DNA of 64,000 bases from assembly GCA_963714015.1 (NCBI GenBank), contig OY970223.1, forward strand, positions 288,001 through 352,000. Reading direction: 5' to 3'. Below the pieces are notes generated by a model, which saw only the letters and a list, made by a program, of their open reading frames with translations, had not been told where the DNA came from and searched no databases. Position numbers and translations under genes: made by a program. The stretch comes from Vulcanimicrobiota bacterium. Its GTDB lineage: Bacteria; Vulcanimicrobiota; Vulcanimicrobiia; Vulcanimicrobiales; Vulcanimicrobiaceae. Of this stretch, positions 51,780 through 60,491 are shown piece after piece (position 1 is the first letter of the stretch; every line of letters begins with the position of its first letter).

Positions 51780-52201
51780 CCAGTCTGAGTAGTGAAGAAG
51801 GTCTTAAAGGCCCTCCTCAGCTATGGCAGTTCACGGATACCGGCGTGACGTCGTTCGCAGCTTTGCCGCACTCCAGGCGAAGCGGCTGCGTACCGGTTTG
51901 GCGTGAACGGCACGGCATTGCAGCGATATGCACTGCTTCTGAACTGCGCGCAGAACAATTCCACGTTTTTGCGATCGCATCGCGAAACGCCCCGGCAGTG
52001 ACAACGTAGTAGGTGTTGGCATTTTAGGCGTGCGCGTCCCCCAAAGTATCACCAGATTTTCCCCCCGGTTTTGTGGAATGCAGTAAAACACACGGAACGC
52101 TGTGGAAAGCGTCCGAATGAGAAAGCCGTATTCTATCGGGATCCCTCAGGTTTTGCCGTCACGGCGGGGAACGCCGATTCCGCCAATTCAGTGAGGATTA
52201 A

Positions 52202-52241
52202 CCTTGTAAGGGAGGCGCTCTCCCAGTCGAGCTAATCGCTC
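52202..52241 (-). repeat. Duplicated 5' half of tRNA-Val(TAC), att-like site
   Basis: GAGCGATTAGCTCGACTGGGAGAGCGCCTCCCTTACAAGG; ends in the anticodon arm. Confidence 0.9.
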
Positions 52242-52666
52242 GAGGCTTCATCTTACCTGCGTTTTCCGGTCTCGGCCGTGCGCCGGTAGTACTCTTGCCC
52301 TTACACTTGTCGAGCGCGCGGAGCGATACCCGGAAGAGCACAGTTAGTTTGTCTAGATCTTCAGGTTGGGCCTTTAGCGCTCTTTGCGAACGAACCCCAT
52401 TCAGGGATGGTTTCGACCGCGAGGATGCCGTTCGCTTGGCTCCGTCCAATTGCTTCCCGAGCTCTTTTACCAATTGCTTAGCGGGCCGCGTCGGATAAGT
52501 GAGCGATTTGGATGCTCTTGGCGAACTCCTTGGGATTCAATAGCTCAGAGCTATACATTCCGCGGGCCGTGCCGATGCTCGCCGCTGCAGTAGCCGTGAC
52601 GCATCCGATTGCGCCTGACCCTAAACTCACGGTTAGAGCTGTGCTCATGAATGGGGTAACGTCAGC

Positions 52667-52864
52667 ATGGAGAATGCTCGGCTATGGAGGTACGCGATGG
52701 GCATCGAAACGGCGAATTGCGCGACGATTGAAGCCCGTGTCAAGGCGGAAGAAGTTGGAACGCTTCATTTTTTGGAACCCCGGGAAAGCCACCGGTACGA
52801 TCTTGAATTCCGCATCCTGAGCGAAACCGACACGATCGCGGCGTACCTAGAACCGATCCCCTAA
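52667..52864 (+). pseudogene. C-terminal remnant of a DUF4432/aldose-epimerase-like protein
   Basis: YAMGIETANC...GTLHFLEPRESHRYDLEFRIL; no intact upstream frame. Confidence 0.5.
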
Positions 52865-52879
52865 AAGGACAGGGGTCAC

Positions 52880-54560
52880 GTGGTCCATTTCGACGACGCG
52901 CACAAACGGGTTCATCTGCCGGACGATCGGCGGATGGTTGCCATCTTGCGTCGCCCGTACCTCATCTGGCTCGTCGTGCTGATCGCCATTCCCATCGTGC
53001 TCGCCTGGATCCAGGTTCTCGCGTTCGGAATCCATTCGGCCTTTGCACCGGTCGCCGGCATCACCGGCAACGCGCCGAACGGCGTCCCGCGCGGCTTTCC
53101 CGTATGGATTCGCTGGACGCATTTTGCGAATCTGCTCTTCCTGTTCTTGCTGATGCGCAGCGGCCTCTCGATCCTCATGGACCATCCGCGGCTATACTGG
53201 AACAACAATTGCACACCGGGGTCGGAATGGCTACGTTTCACGCCGGTGACCGTTCCCGATGATCGCGTTTGGACGGCGAAAGAGGATGCCCGTTATATTT
53301 CGCCGCTCATCGCACTGCCCGGGTATCGGCACACGATCGGGATGGGCCGCTCATGGCATTTCATCACCGACTACGGCTTCATTCTCACCGGCGCCGTGTA
53401 CGTCATCATGCTCCTGATCAGCGGGCAATGGCCGCGTCTGGTTCCAACGTCGTGGGCGATCTTTCCGTTCGGCTGGCAGACCTTTGTCCATTACGCGACC
53501 TTCCATTTTCCAATCGAGCCCGATGGCTTCTACGCGTATAACGCGCTGCAGCAGCTTACGTACTTCGCGGTCGTATTCATCATGGCGCCGCTCTCGATCT
53601 TGAGCGGGATCGCAATGTCGCCGGCTCTCGACAGTGCCTTCCCATGGTATCCTCGCATCTTCGGCGGCCGACAGGGAGCCCGGTCAGTCCACTTTTTATT
53701 GCTCTGCGGATACATCGCGTTCACCATCGTCCACGTCAGTCTGGTGTTCGCCACTGGCGCGCAGCGGAATTTCAACCATGTCGTTCTGGGCACGGATAAC
53801 ACCCGGCCGCTCGGACTGATCCTCGGCTGCATCGGTCTAGCGGTGGTCGTAGGCTCCTGGATCGCCGCATACATCATCGCCTGGCGCTATCCGCGTGCGA
53901 TCCAACGGTTGCACCGGGCGCTGATCTTGCCGCTGGAATTGCGTGTGAGCGGCTGGAAGCGCTTCAACCCGGCGGAACGCTATACGCGCAAAGACATCTC
54001 GCCGTACTTCTGGCCGAACGGCAAGATGCCGGACTCTGATGAATGGAAGCAGTCTTGCGGCGGGCGAGTTCGGTGAGTTCCGCCTGCGCGTCAGCGGCTG
54101 CGTCGAGAACCCGGTCGATTTAACCCTCGACGATCTGCGTGCGCTTGGCCATGACGAGCACGTGGCCTTGCACCACTGCATTCAAGGCTGGAGCGGGGTC
54201 GCGCAGTGGGGCGGGATCTCGCTCGTACGGCTGATCGATCTGGTCAAACCGCTCGCGAGCGCGCACGCCGTCGAGTTCATTTCGTTCGCCGATGGCCTTT
54301 TCGGTGGCGTCTACTACGATATGCAGCGTCTAGAAGACGTCGTCAAGCCGGAGTGCCTGCTCGCATACGAGATGAATGATGCGCCGCTCCCCCAGGTCTA
54401 TGGTGCACCATTGCGACTTCGCGTTGAGAATCAGCTCGGCTATAAGATGGTCAAGTGGATACGCGAGATCCGCTTTGTTGAAACGGCGACTGACGTGGGC
54501 AAAGGTTACGGTGGGAAGAACGAAGACGATGAATACTTCGATCTCTTACCGTACATTTAA
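52880..54560 (+). CDS. Cytochrome b - molybdopterin oxidoreductase fusion (MsrPQ/sulfite oxidase family; frameshift near 54055)
   Basis: RWTHFAN, RSWHF, YNALQQLTY, ARSVHF...H; HHCIQGWSG, LAYEMN, GAPLRLRVENQLGYKMVKWI. Confidence 0.87.
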
Positions 54561-55588
54561 ACGGGGATATCTTCCGTCAGGGCGCGCCGGGGCGTGGATC
54601 CAAAATCTTTGCGATCAGCTCGGTTCGATTGCGAGATCCGGTTTTGTCCAGCAAGACTCTTTATGTGATCTTGCACGGTGGACGACGATATCTGCATGCG
54701 ATCGGCAACTTCGCTCAACGTCGCTCCAGGCATCAGCAGAGCGAGCGTTTCGAGCTCGCGCGGTGAGAGTTTGTACGCGCGAGCCGCCTTACCGAATACT
54801 TTGCCGCCGGGCGGCCGCTCAAGCAGCACACCGACGAACAAGCCCATCGGTCCGGACAGCGGCTGTGTGCGCACTGTCAAGAACGGCACGGGGTATGCGA
54901 CGCCGCTGCTCTGAGTAGCGGGATCGGATGTCCACGATGCGATGAGATCGCGAACGGTTTGTTCGATAATTGCAGGCAGACGCGTCGCCAAGCGCGCGTG
55001 TATCGAAGTAGGCGCCGCCTGACGCGCTTCCCCGGCATCCCACGTCAGGACGACCGTAAGGTTACGATCGAGGACGTGCATGAGCGGCGGGCCCTCAGCA
55101 TCGCCGGGGTCAGCCCCTGAGTCCTGTGCCAACGCCAAGCCCGAGAGCCGGTCAGTCGAGGAATCCAGTGCAAGCGCGAGCGACTGGATCTCGACCGAGG
55201 TGAAGGCGCCTAATGTTTCGGAGCGCAGCAAACTCAGTACGCCGAATTCCCTGCGGCGGTCGGAGAAAACGAGCGTGACGCCGCTTACATACGGCTGCGA
55301 GAGTGCACTCATCGTCGCAGCGAGCCGCGGTCCTGCAGTCGTCTGCCCGCGCTGAAGCAGCAATTCTTTACGCAGTTGCTCGAATTGCCCACGCCGGTCG
55401 TCAGATGTATCGGACGACAATAATTCGTCCGTCCGGACGCCGTTTCCAAAGCGCGCGAAGCTCCAATGGGAAACCGGCACCACGCACAAGATTTCGCCTA
55501 TGAGATCGCGGGCCGGATCGTCTTTTGCAAGGCTTTGCAGCACCTCGAGATCCGACCCGTCGAGCGGGATGCGCTTATTGACTGTCAA
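54557..55588 (-). CDS. LuxR-type regulator with N-terminal GAF-like region (C-terminal frameshift)
   Basis: LSPRELETLALL...EVADRMQISSSTVQDHIKSL; alternate frame DKTGSRNRTELIAKI. Confidence 0.82.
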   Translation of the reverse strand: MTVNKRIPLDGSDLEVLQSLAKDDPARDLIGEILCVVPVSHWSFARFGNGVRTDELLSSDTSDDRRGQFEQLRKELLLQRGQTTAGPRLAATMSALSQPYVSGVTLVFSDRRREFGVLSLLRSETLGAFTSVEIQSLALALDSSTDRLSGLALAQDSGADPGDAEGPPLMHVLDRNLTVVLTWDAGEARQAAPTSIHARLATRLPAIIEQTVRDLIASWTSDPATQSSGVAYPVPFLTVRTQPLSGPMGLFVGVLLERPPGGKVFGKAARAYKLSPRELETLALLMPGATLSEVADRMQISSSTVQDHIKSLAGQNRISQSNRADRKDFGSTPRRALTEDIPV

Positions 55589-55710
55589 GGCTCTTCGTGA
55601 CGCCGCTCCACCATTATCACGATAGTAAATATACCAGATTCATGAAAGAATGGGTATGCTCGCACCTATGGCTTTCCATCAGAATAGATCGGGCAGCAAG
55701 GCAAGAAACC

Positions 55711-56118
55711 ATGGTTCACAAGAGATGTGCCGTCCTGAGCTTTGACAAGGACGCTGCGATCGAGCTCGGCAACGTGCTCGTTCAGGCCGGCTACGATCGT
55801 CCCCAGCATTCTCGAGAGGTGCGCGTGGCGAGCCTGAGAGAGTACGAGCCGCAGGTCCTTGTGGTCGATTTCGATCACCTTCACAGCGATAAACTCGAGT
55901 CTATCAGGCAGCTCCGCTTTGTGCTGCCGGAGTGCGCAATCGCGGTCGTATCGTCAAACTTTGAGGATGATTGGGCTAGGCGATGTCACATGGCAGGCGC
56001 AAACGGGGTACTTTCGAGCCGCAGCGCTCCGCACCGTATGGCCGCAGCGCTGCGGTGTGCCGACAGCACGGGATGCTATACCGATCCTGAATTTTCGACG
56101 CGGCATAACGGAAATTAG
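55711..56118 (+). CDS. Stand-alone atypical receiver domain protein
   Basis: PQVLVVD, IRQLR...PECAIAVVS, AGANGVL; conserved Lys apparently absent. Confidence 0.65.
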   Translation: MVHKRCAVLSFDKDAAIELGNVLVQAGYDRPQHSREVRVASLREYEPQVLVVDFDHLHSDKLESIRQLRFVLPECAIAVVSSNFEDDWARRCHMAGANGVLSSRSAPHRMAAALRCADSTGCYTDPEFSTRHNGN

Positions 56119-56120
56119 GA

Positions 56121-56897
56121 TTGGAAGTGCTCTCAATCGCGCCCAACTCGAATCCGGACAGCGCCGCGCGCATTCTCGTCGAGCATCTGTATGCCCATCG
56201 CTTTCCGCCCGTTCCCGGCGTCGACATCGGAACAGCGTACCTTCTTTCGCAAGACGATGTGCGCGTTGGTGGAGATCTCCTGGATGTCTATCGGTTCAAT
56301 AACGGTTCGGTTGCGATATCGATCGCCGACATTTGCGGAAAGGGCGCAGAAGCGGCATCGCGTGCGGCGCTTGTGAAATATGGGCTGCGAGCATTCGTGT
56401 CTGCCGGTTTCACGCCCGCTCAAGTATTGCGAAACCTCAACGTGCTGTACATGGAAACGGCCGCGTTCGATGAAGTGGACAACGACTCGTTTGTAAGCGT
56501 ATTCTTGGGCGTCATCGATCCCGAACATCGCGTTATGACCTACGCGTCCGCGGGGCACGAGCCTGCGATCATCTTACGTCCGGACTGCCCGCCCGAACTG
56601 CTGCCGCCTACAGCGCCGATCGTTGGGGTGTTTGCGGAGTCGCAGAAGCTTTTTCATCAGCGGCTCGTTTATTTGCCGCCCGGCGGTTCGACGTTAGTTG
56701 CCACGACGGACGGCATTACGGAAGCGCGAACTCAAGAAGGCGCATTCATTGAATTCGATCAAATCATGCAGTGGATCGATCACAACCGCACGGCGGGCGC
56801 GCAGGAGCAGGCCGATCGGCTGATGTCCTCCACGATAGACTTTTGCGGCGGACGCCCGCGAGATGATATAGCCATCGCGGTCGCGCGGTTCGCCTGA
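56121..56897 (+). CDS. PP2C/SpoIIE-family Ser/Thr phosphatase (stand-alone)
   Basis: VGGDLLD, IADICGKG, ASAGHEP, TDGITEAR, DDIA. Confidence 0.92.
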   Translation: MEVLSIAPNSNPDSAARILVEHLYAHRFPPVPGVDIGTAYLLSQDDVRVGGDLLDVYRFNNGSVAISIADICGKGAEAASRAALVKYGLRAFVSAGFTPAQVLRNLNVLYMETAAFDEVDNDSFVSVFLGVIDPEHRVMTYASAGHEPAIILRPDCPPELLPPTAPIVGVFAESQKLFHQRLVYLPPGGSTLVATTDGITEARTQEGAFIEFDQIMQWIDHNRTAGAQEQADRLMSSTIDFCGGRPRDDIAIAVARFA

Positions 56898-56902
56898 CCG
56901 GC

Positions 56903-57241
56903 ATGTTCGCGGATTCAGGCGCGCATCTCGTCTCGGTGCTCGTGATCAGCGTCGATCCGCCGGACTGCGACGCCGTTGCCGCCCAGGCAACTGCTTTGAT
57001 GCAAAACAAGAGCACCCTTCCCGGGTTTCTCGAAGGTGAAATATTCAAGAGCGAAGACCGGCAACGCGTGCTCGTCATAACCGAATGGACGTCGCGCCAA
57101 GAGTGGAGCGCCTCCCAATGGGATCGGGAGGTCGGCACGGACATAGCAACGATTTCGCAGACCGCGATGGCCGTTGACTCGCGAACGTATTTTCGGATAG
57201 GCCGCACAATTCAGCCCGGCGGCGCCCAGGATGAGGGTTAG
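56903..57241 (+). CDS. Antibiotic biosynthesis monooxygenase (ABM) domain protein
   Basis: LPGFLEGEIFKSEDRQRVLVITEWTS. Confidence 0.7.
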   Translation: MFADSGAHLVSVLVISVDPPDCDAVAAQATALMQNKSTLPGFLEGEIFKSEDRQRVLVITEWTSRQEWSASQWDREVGTDIATISQTAMAVDSRTYFRIGRTIQPGGAQDEG

Positions 57242-57350
57242 AGCGATCGTGATCGACCAAAAGTAGCGTTTGGGATACTGGGTATCTCCACGGTGCGGCA
57301 GGCCGCGAGGTGTTGCGCGTTGGTCTTTGGAGGGTAGTGCGGGTTCACTT

Positions 57351-58472
57351 ATGGCGGATAAAATACAGACTGCCGTGCAAGACGATATGTTTGCAGCGAA
57401 GCGGCGCAGCGAACAGGTTCTTTTCGCGGTCCGCATCTGCTGGCTGGTGATTCTCGGCGGTTTCATCCTCTTCAAAGTGTTCGAGTTCCTCGGACACCTG
57501 CGCACCGTCACGATCGTAGTTATCGGAGCGGTGCTCTTTGCGTACCTGCTCTATCCGGCTATCTCCCGATTGAAACGCCGGATGCCCCTTGGCGCGGCAC
57601 TCGGCATCGTGTATCTTTGCATCGCCGTCTTGGTCGCCTTCGCGATATCCGTGGTCGTGCCAATATTGGCCGACGATGCGGAGCGTTTAGTGCACGACGC
57701 GCCGCTGCTCGTGCACAATGCCCAAAACGCCCTTGTGGATCCAGCGAATCCGTTAGTTCGGCACTTGCCGGGCGGAGTGCGCGCGTATTTGATCGCTCTG
57801 CCGGCGCAAGTGCAGACGAATGTCGCAAGATACGCCGGGGGCGTCGCTGTGACAATTTTGCCGGTCCTATTGTCGGTCGTGACGATTGGCGCGCTCTTCG
57901 TGATTATACCTGTTGTGGCCGCCTATCTCATGCTCGAAGCAGACGGGCTCAAGCGCACGCTTTTAGGGTTCGTACCTGCGGGCGCGCAAAATAAGACGGT
58001 GAAGATTATCGGCGATCTCGACCACGTCGTGGGCGGCTTCATTCGCGGTCAGCTCATCGTCGCGGCAATCGTCGGAACGCTCGTGACGGTCCTACTGCTC
58101 GGTCTACACGTGCGATATGCTCTGCTTATCGGAGTCGTAGCGGGAATACTCGACGTGATCCCATACGTCGGCGCAATTGCCGGGTGGCTCCCCGCGTTTG
58201 CAATCGCACTTTTTACGAATGGCATCGAAAACGCCGTATTCGTAACGGTTGGCATCGTCGTGATCAACCAGCTCGAAGGGCACATCATCGCACCCAACGT
58301 GGTGAGCAAGAGCGTGGAGTTAACGCCGTTAGCCGTAGTGCTCGCGCTCATTGCCGGCGGCGAACTGGGAGGCATCGCAGGTCTGTTGCTCGCGGTGCCG
58401 GTCGCTGGGATCATCCGGGTAATAATTGTGAATTTCCGTCCGAAGCCCGTCCCACCCGCCGATCATAGTTGA
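57351..58472 (+). CDS. AI-2E family transporter
   Basis: AYLLYP, GFIRGQ, DVIPYVG, QLEGHIIAPNV, GGIAGLLLAVP. Confidence 0.92.
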   Translation: MADKIQTAVQDDMFAAKRRSEQVLFAVRICWLVILGGFILFKVFEFLGHLRTVTIVVIGAVLFAYLLYPAISRLKRRMPLGAALGIVYLCIAVLVAFAISVVVPILADDAERLVHDAPLLVHNAQNALVDPANPLVRHLPGGVRAYLIALPAQVQTNVARYAGGVAVTILPVLLSVVTIGALFVIIPVVAAYLMLEADGLKRTLLGFVPAGAQNKTVKIIGDLDHVVGGFIRGQLIVAAIVGTLVTVLLLGLHVRYALLIGVVAGILDVIPYVGAIAGWLPAFAIALFTNGIENAVFVTVGIVVINQLEGHIIAPNVVSKSVELTPLAVVLALIAGGELGGIAGLLLAVPVAGIIRVIIVNFRPKPVPPADHS

Positions 58473-58633
58473 CCGGGGGAGGTTGGTGCTCAGGATGCGC
58501 GTCCGGCACAAATTCTCTTTCTAAAGGTACATCGTGCGGTCAAGTGATTTCCGGACGGGGTTAGCACCTAGCGTATCCCTAAGCATGCTGTTAAAACAGC
58601 AGGCTTAGCAAACAAAACGGAGTCAAGCAGAAA

Positions 58634-58673
58634 AGCCTTAAGACTCAGGGCTTACAGGCCCTTCTTTTTTTTC
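58634..58673 (+). terminator. Probable intrinsic terminator
   Basis: Imperfect GCCTTAAG/CTTACAGGC hairpin followed by a run of 8 T. Confidence 0.5.
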
Positions 58674-58706
58674 GGGGCGGCTTGACTCAGCGACTACGCT
58701 GCTTCG

Positions 58707-59153
58707 TTAGAGCTGGGGTTTCGCCGGCTCGCGCCGGGCGACGCTACGGCCTTCATCGAGATCCAGAAGGTCCGGCCACGTCGTAACATCGGTTCGCTCG
58801 GGAGCGATGTGCGCGCGCAGAGTTGTGAAATGCTCGAGTGACTCGCCTTTGGGAGTTTTGGTCATCCAGCGCTCGTTGAACGACCTGATTTCCTCAGGCG
58901 ATTTCTTTTCGAGAAACCCTTTTGTATAGCCCTCGATCTCGGCATTGTTCTTGGCGACCTTGACGAACTCCAGAAATTCGGAGCCTTTCATACCAAGAAA
59001 CTCGAAGAGGCCTTCATCCATTGTGGAAGGATACTCGTATTCTCCGAGAGTGCCGTGCGCCAAGGCTTTCGCCTTGTCGGTGGTTCGCGCAAGTTGCACG
59101 ATTCCGAGGAGTTTTTCTCGAACGCTACGCGGCGTTGTTTGGGTAAGATCCAT
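58707..59153 (-). CDS. DUF5069 domain protein
   Basis: MDLT...PRSVREKLLGIVQLARTTDKAKA...LGEYEY...LLDLDEGR. Confidence 0.75.
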   Translation of the reverse strand: MDLTQTTPRSVREKLLGIVQLARTTDKAKALAHGTLGEYEYPSTMDEGLFEFLGMKGSEFLEFVKVAKNNAEIEGYTKGFLEKKSPEEIRSFNERWMTKTPKGESLEHFTTLRAHIAPERTDVTTWPDLLDLDEGRSVARREPAKPQL

Positions 59154-59542
59154 TTTTTTCCATACTTCCGGAATTGTTATTCCGTACCTACGAACCGTGC
59201 AACGTCAATTTAGTTGCGAAACGAAAAATTAGAAAAGCTTTTAAAGGTTTCTGCAATCTTTTGACGGCGGGCTCCGCTCGCTCCACATTGCGCTTCGAAT
59301 AGCACGTCATGGACAAGAGCCCTCATCCAGGGAAAGACAGCGCCGGGACCGCGCCTGCAGTAGCATTGGGCGCCTGGCGGTATGCCGTTAAGGACATGCA
59401 GCGTCGTCAACACGATAAGAAGGACGCTGAGTGGATCGGGTCCAGTTGCTGTGAACGTGCGCCGATAGCGCACAACACGGCAACAACGACCGATTTCAAT
59501 CGACCTCACGGCCGAGTCGGTCACGAATCTCTCAACTGATGG

Positions 59543-59577
59543 TTGACAACGGAACCCATATTATCTACTATGTAGAT
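59543..59577 (+). promoter_or_regulatory. Sigma70 promoter with overlapping palindromic operator
   Basis: TTGACA(59543)-17bp-TACTAT(59566); ATCTAC-tat-GTAGAT (59563-59577). Confidence 0.7.
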
Positions 59578-59580
59578 GTT

Positions 59581-59913
59581 ATGGGGAAGGGTCAATACCT
59601 CGGCGAGTTCGAGCACATCGTTCTGTTAGCCGTACTTCGATTGGGTGACGGAGCCTACGGCGCGATGATTCGAGAAGAAATCGAATCGACGACGGGGCGA
59701 TCTCCGGCAATCGGCGCCGTGCACGCAACGCTCGAGCGTTTAGAGCACAAAGGTTTCATGTCATCCTGGATCGGTGAACCAACGGCTGAGCGCGGCGGCA
59801 AAGCCAAGCGTCACTTCAAAATTGAAGCAGCGGGTCTTGCAGCGCTCAAAGAAGCACGGCAAACCCTCGAACGGCTCCACGCCGGCTTGTCGCTGCGCGC
59901 CGCAATCGTATGA
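59581..59913 (+). CDS. PadR family regulator (short subfamily)
   Basis: LGEFEHIVLLAVLRLGDGAYG...GAVHATLERLEHKG...ERGGKAKRHF. Confidence 0.92.
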   Translation: MGKGQYLGEFEHIVLLAVLRLGDGAYGAMIREEIESTTGRSPAIGAVHATLERLEHKGFMSSWIGEPTAERGGKAKRHFKIEAAGLAALKEARQTLERLHAGLSLRAAIV

Positions 59914-60486
59914 TGCCGCCGTTTTTAGCCCAGGCGCTCGTCGCCGCAGCCGCGCCTCCGAACGATTACGAAAGCGTCGTCGGCGATCTTCACGAGGAAT
60001 ACGTCCGGCTTTCTCGATTTTCAGGGCAAGGCGCGGCGAATCGCTGGTACTGGTCGCAAGTAATACGCTCGATTCCATCGCTGCTTTCCTATTCGCGCGC
60101 GCAGCGCTCCGTCGGAGCGGCGGCCCGCACTGTTCTTATCGTCGCAGCGGTATTGTTCGTCATGATGCTCGCAATCGAACCGATCAACGATCTGTTGCGC
60201 GCAATTTTCGGCCACCAACGCAGCCCCGTATGGGCGCTCTTCGCCGCAGCTCTGGTTAGACGCCGTCGTGTTCGGCGCCATACTCGCGTTGATTATTCGA
60301 TCCGGCGGCGTTCGATTGGCATTCACTGCCGCGCTGCTCTTTGTCGCCGGCATAGCTATTCCGACCCTTCTCGGTTATTCATCGCGCCTTCCACTCTATG
60401 AGTGGGTCCTCATCGTCGGCTCGATTCCTGCAATGAGCGCCGGTGCGGGTCTCTATCAAATCATCCGTAGACGCAAAAAGGACTAA
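59910..60486 (+). CDS. PadR-associated membrane protein (frameshift near 60258)
   Basis: ESVVGDLHEEY...RWYWSQV prefix motif followed by TM helices across two frames. Confidence 0.7.
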
Positions 60487-60491
60487 CCACC

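Larger units (their letters stand above)
39677..52201. mobile_element. Putative genomic island between intact tRNA-Val and its duplicated 5' half; no integrase detected
   Basis: Flanking repeat CCTTGTAAGGGAGGCGCTCTCCCAG(C)TCGAGCTAATCGC at about 39636-39674 and 52202-52239; accessory cargo (TA pair, STAND proteins, gene fragments). Confidence 0.7.

Noticed and set aside
51790..52200. Possible integrase remnant next to the half-tRNA
   Set aside because: No tyrosine (R-H-R-H-Y) or serine recombinase motif could be read in the listed ORFs or by eye
52198..52473. 91-aa minus-strand ORF running into the half-tRNA, and 76-aa ORF at 59309-59539
   Set aside because: No family resemblance or convincing translation signals; cannot be supported as genes
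12007..60486. Many single-base frameshifts (HD-GYP, GGDEF-EAL, hxlR, leuB, DUF5693, PQQ propeller, cyclase-STAND, S53, Mo-oxidoreductase, LuxR, PadR partner) as programmed frameshifting or mass pseudogenisation
   Set aside because: They are scattered, share no slippery motif, affect a biosynthetic gene such as leuB, and both halves remain well conserved; uncorrected long-read indel errors are more parsimonious. Needs read-level confirmation.
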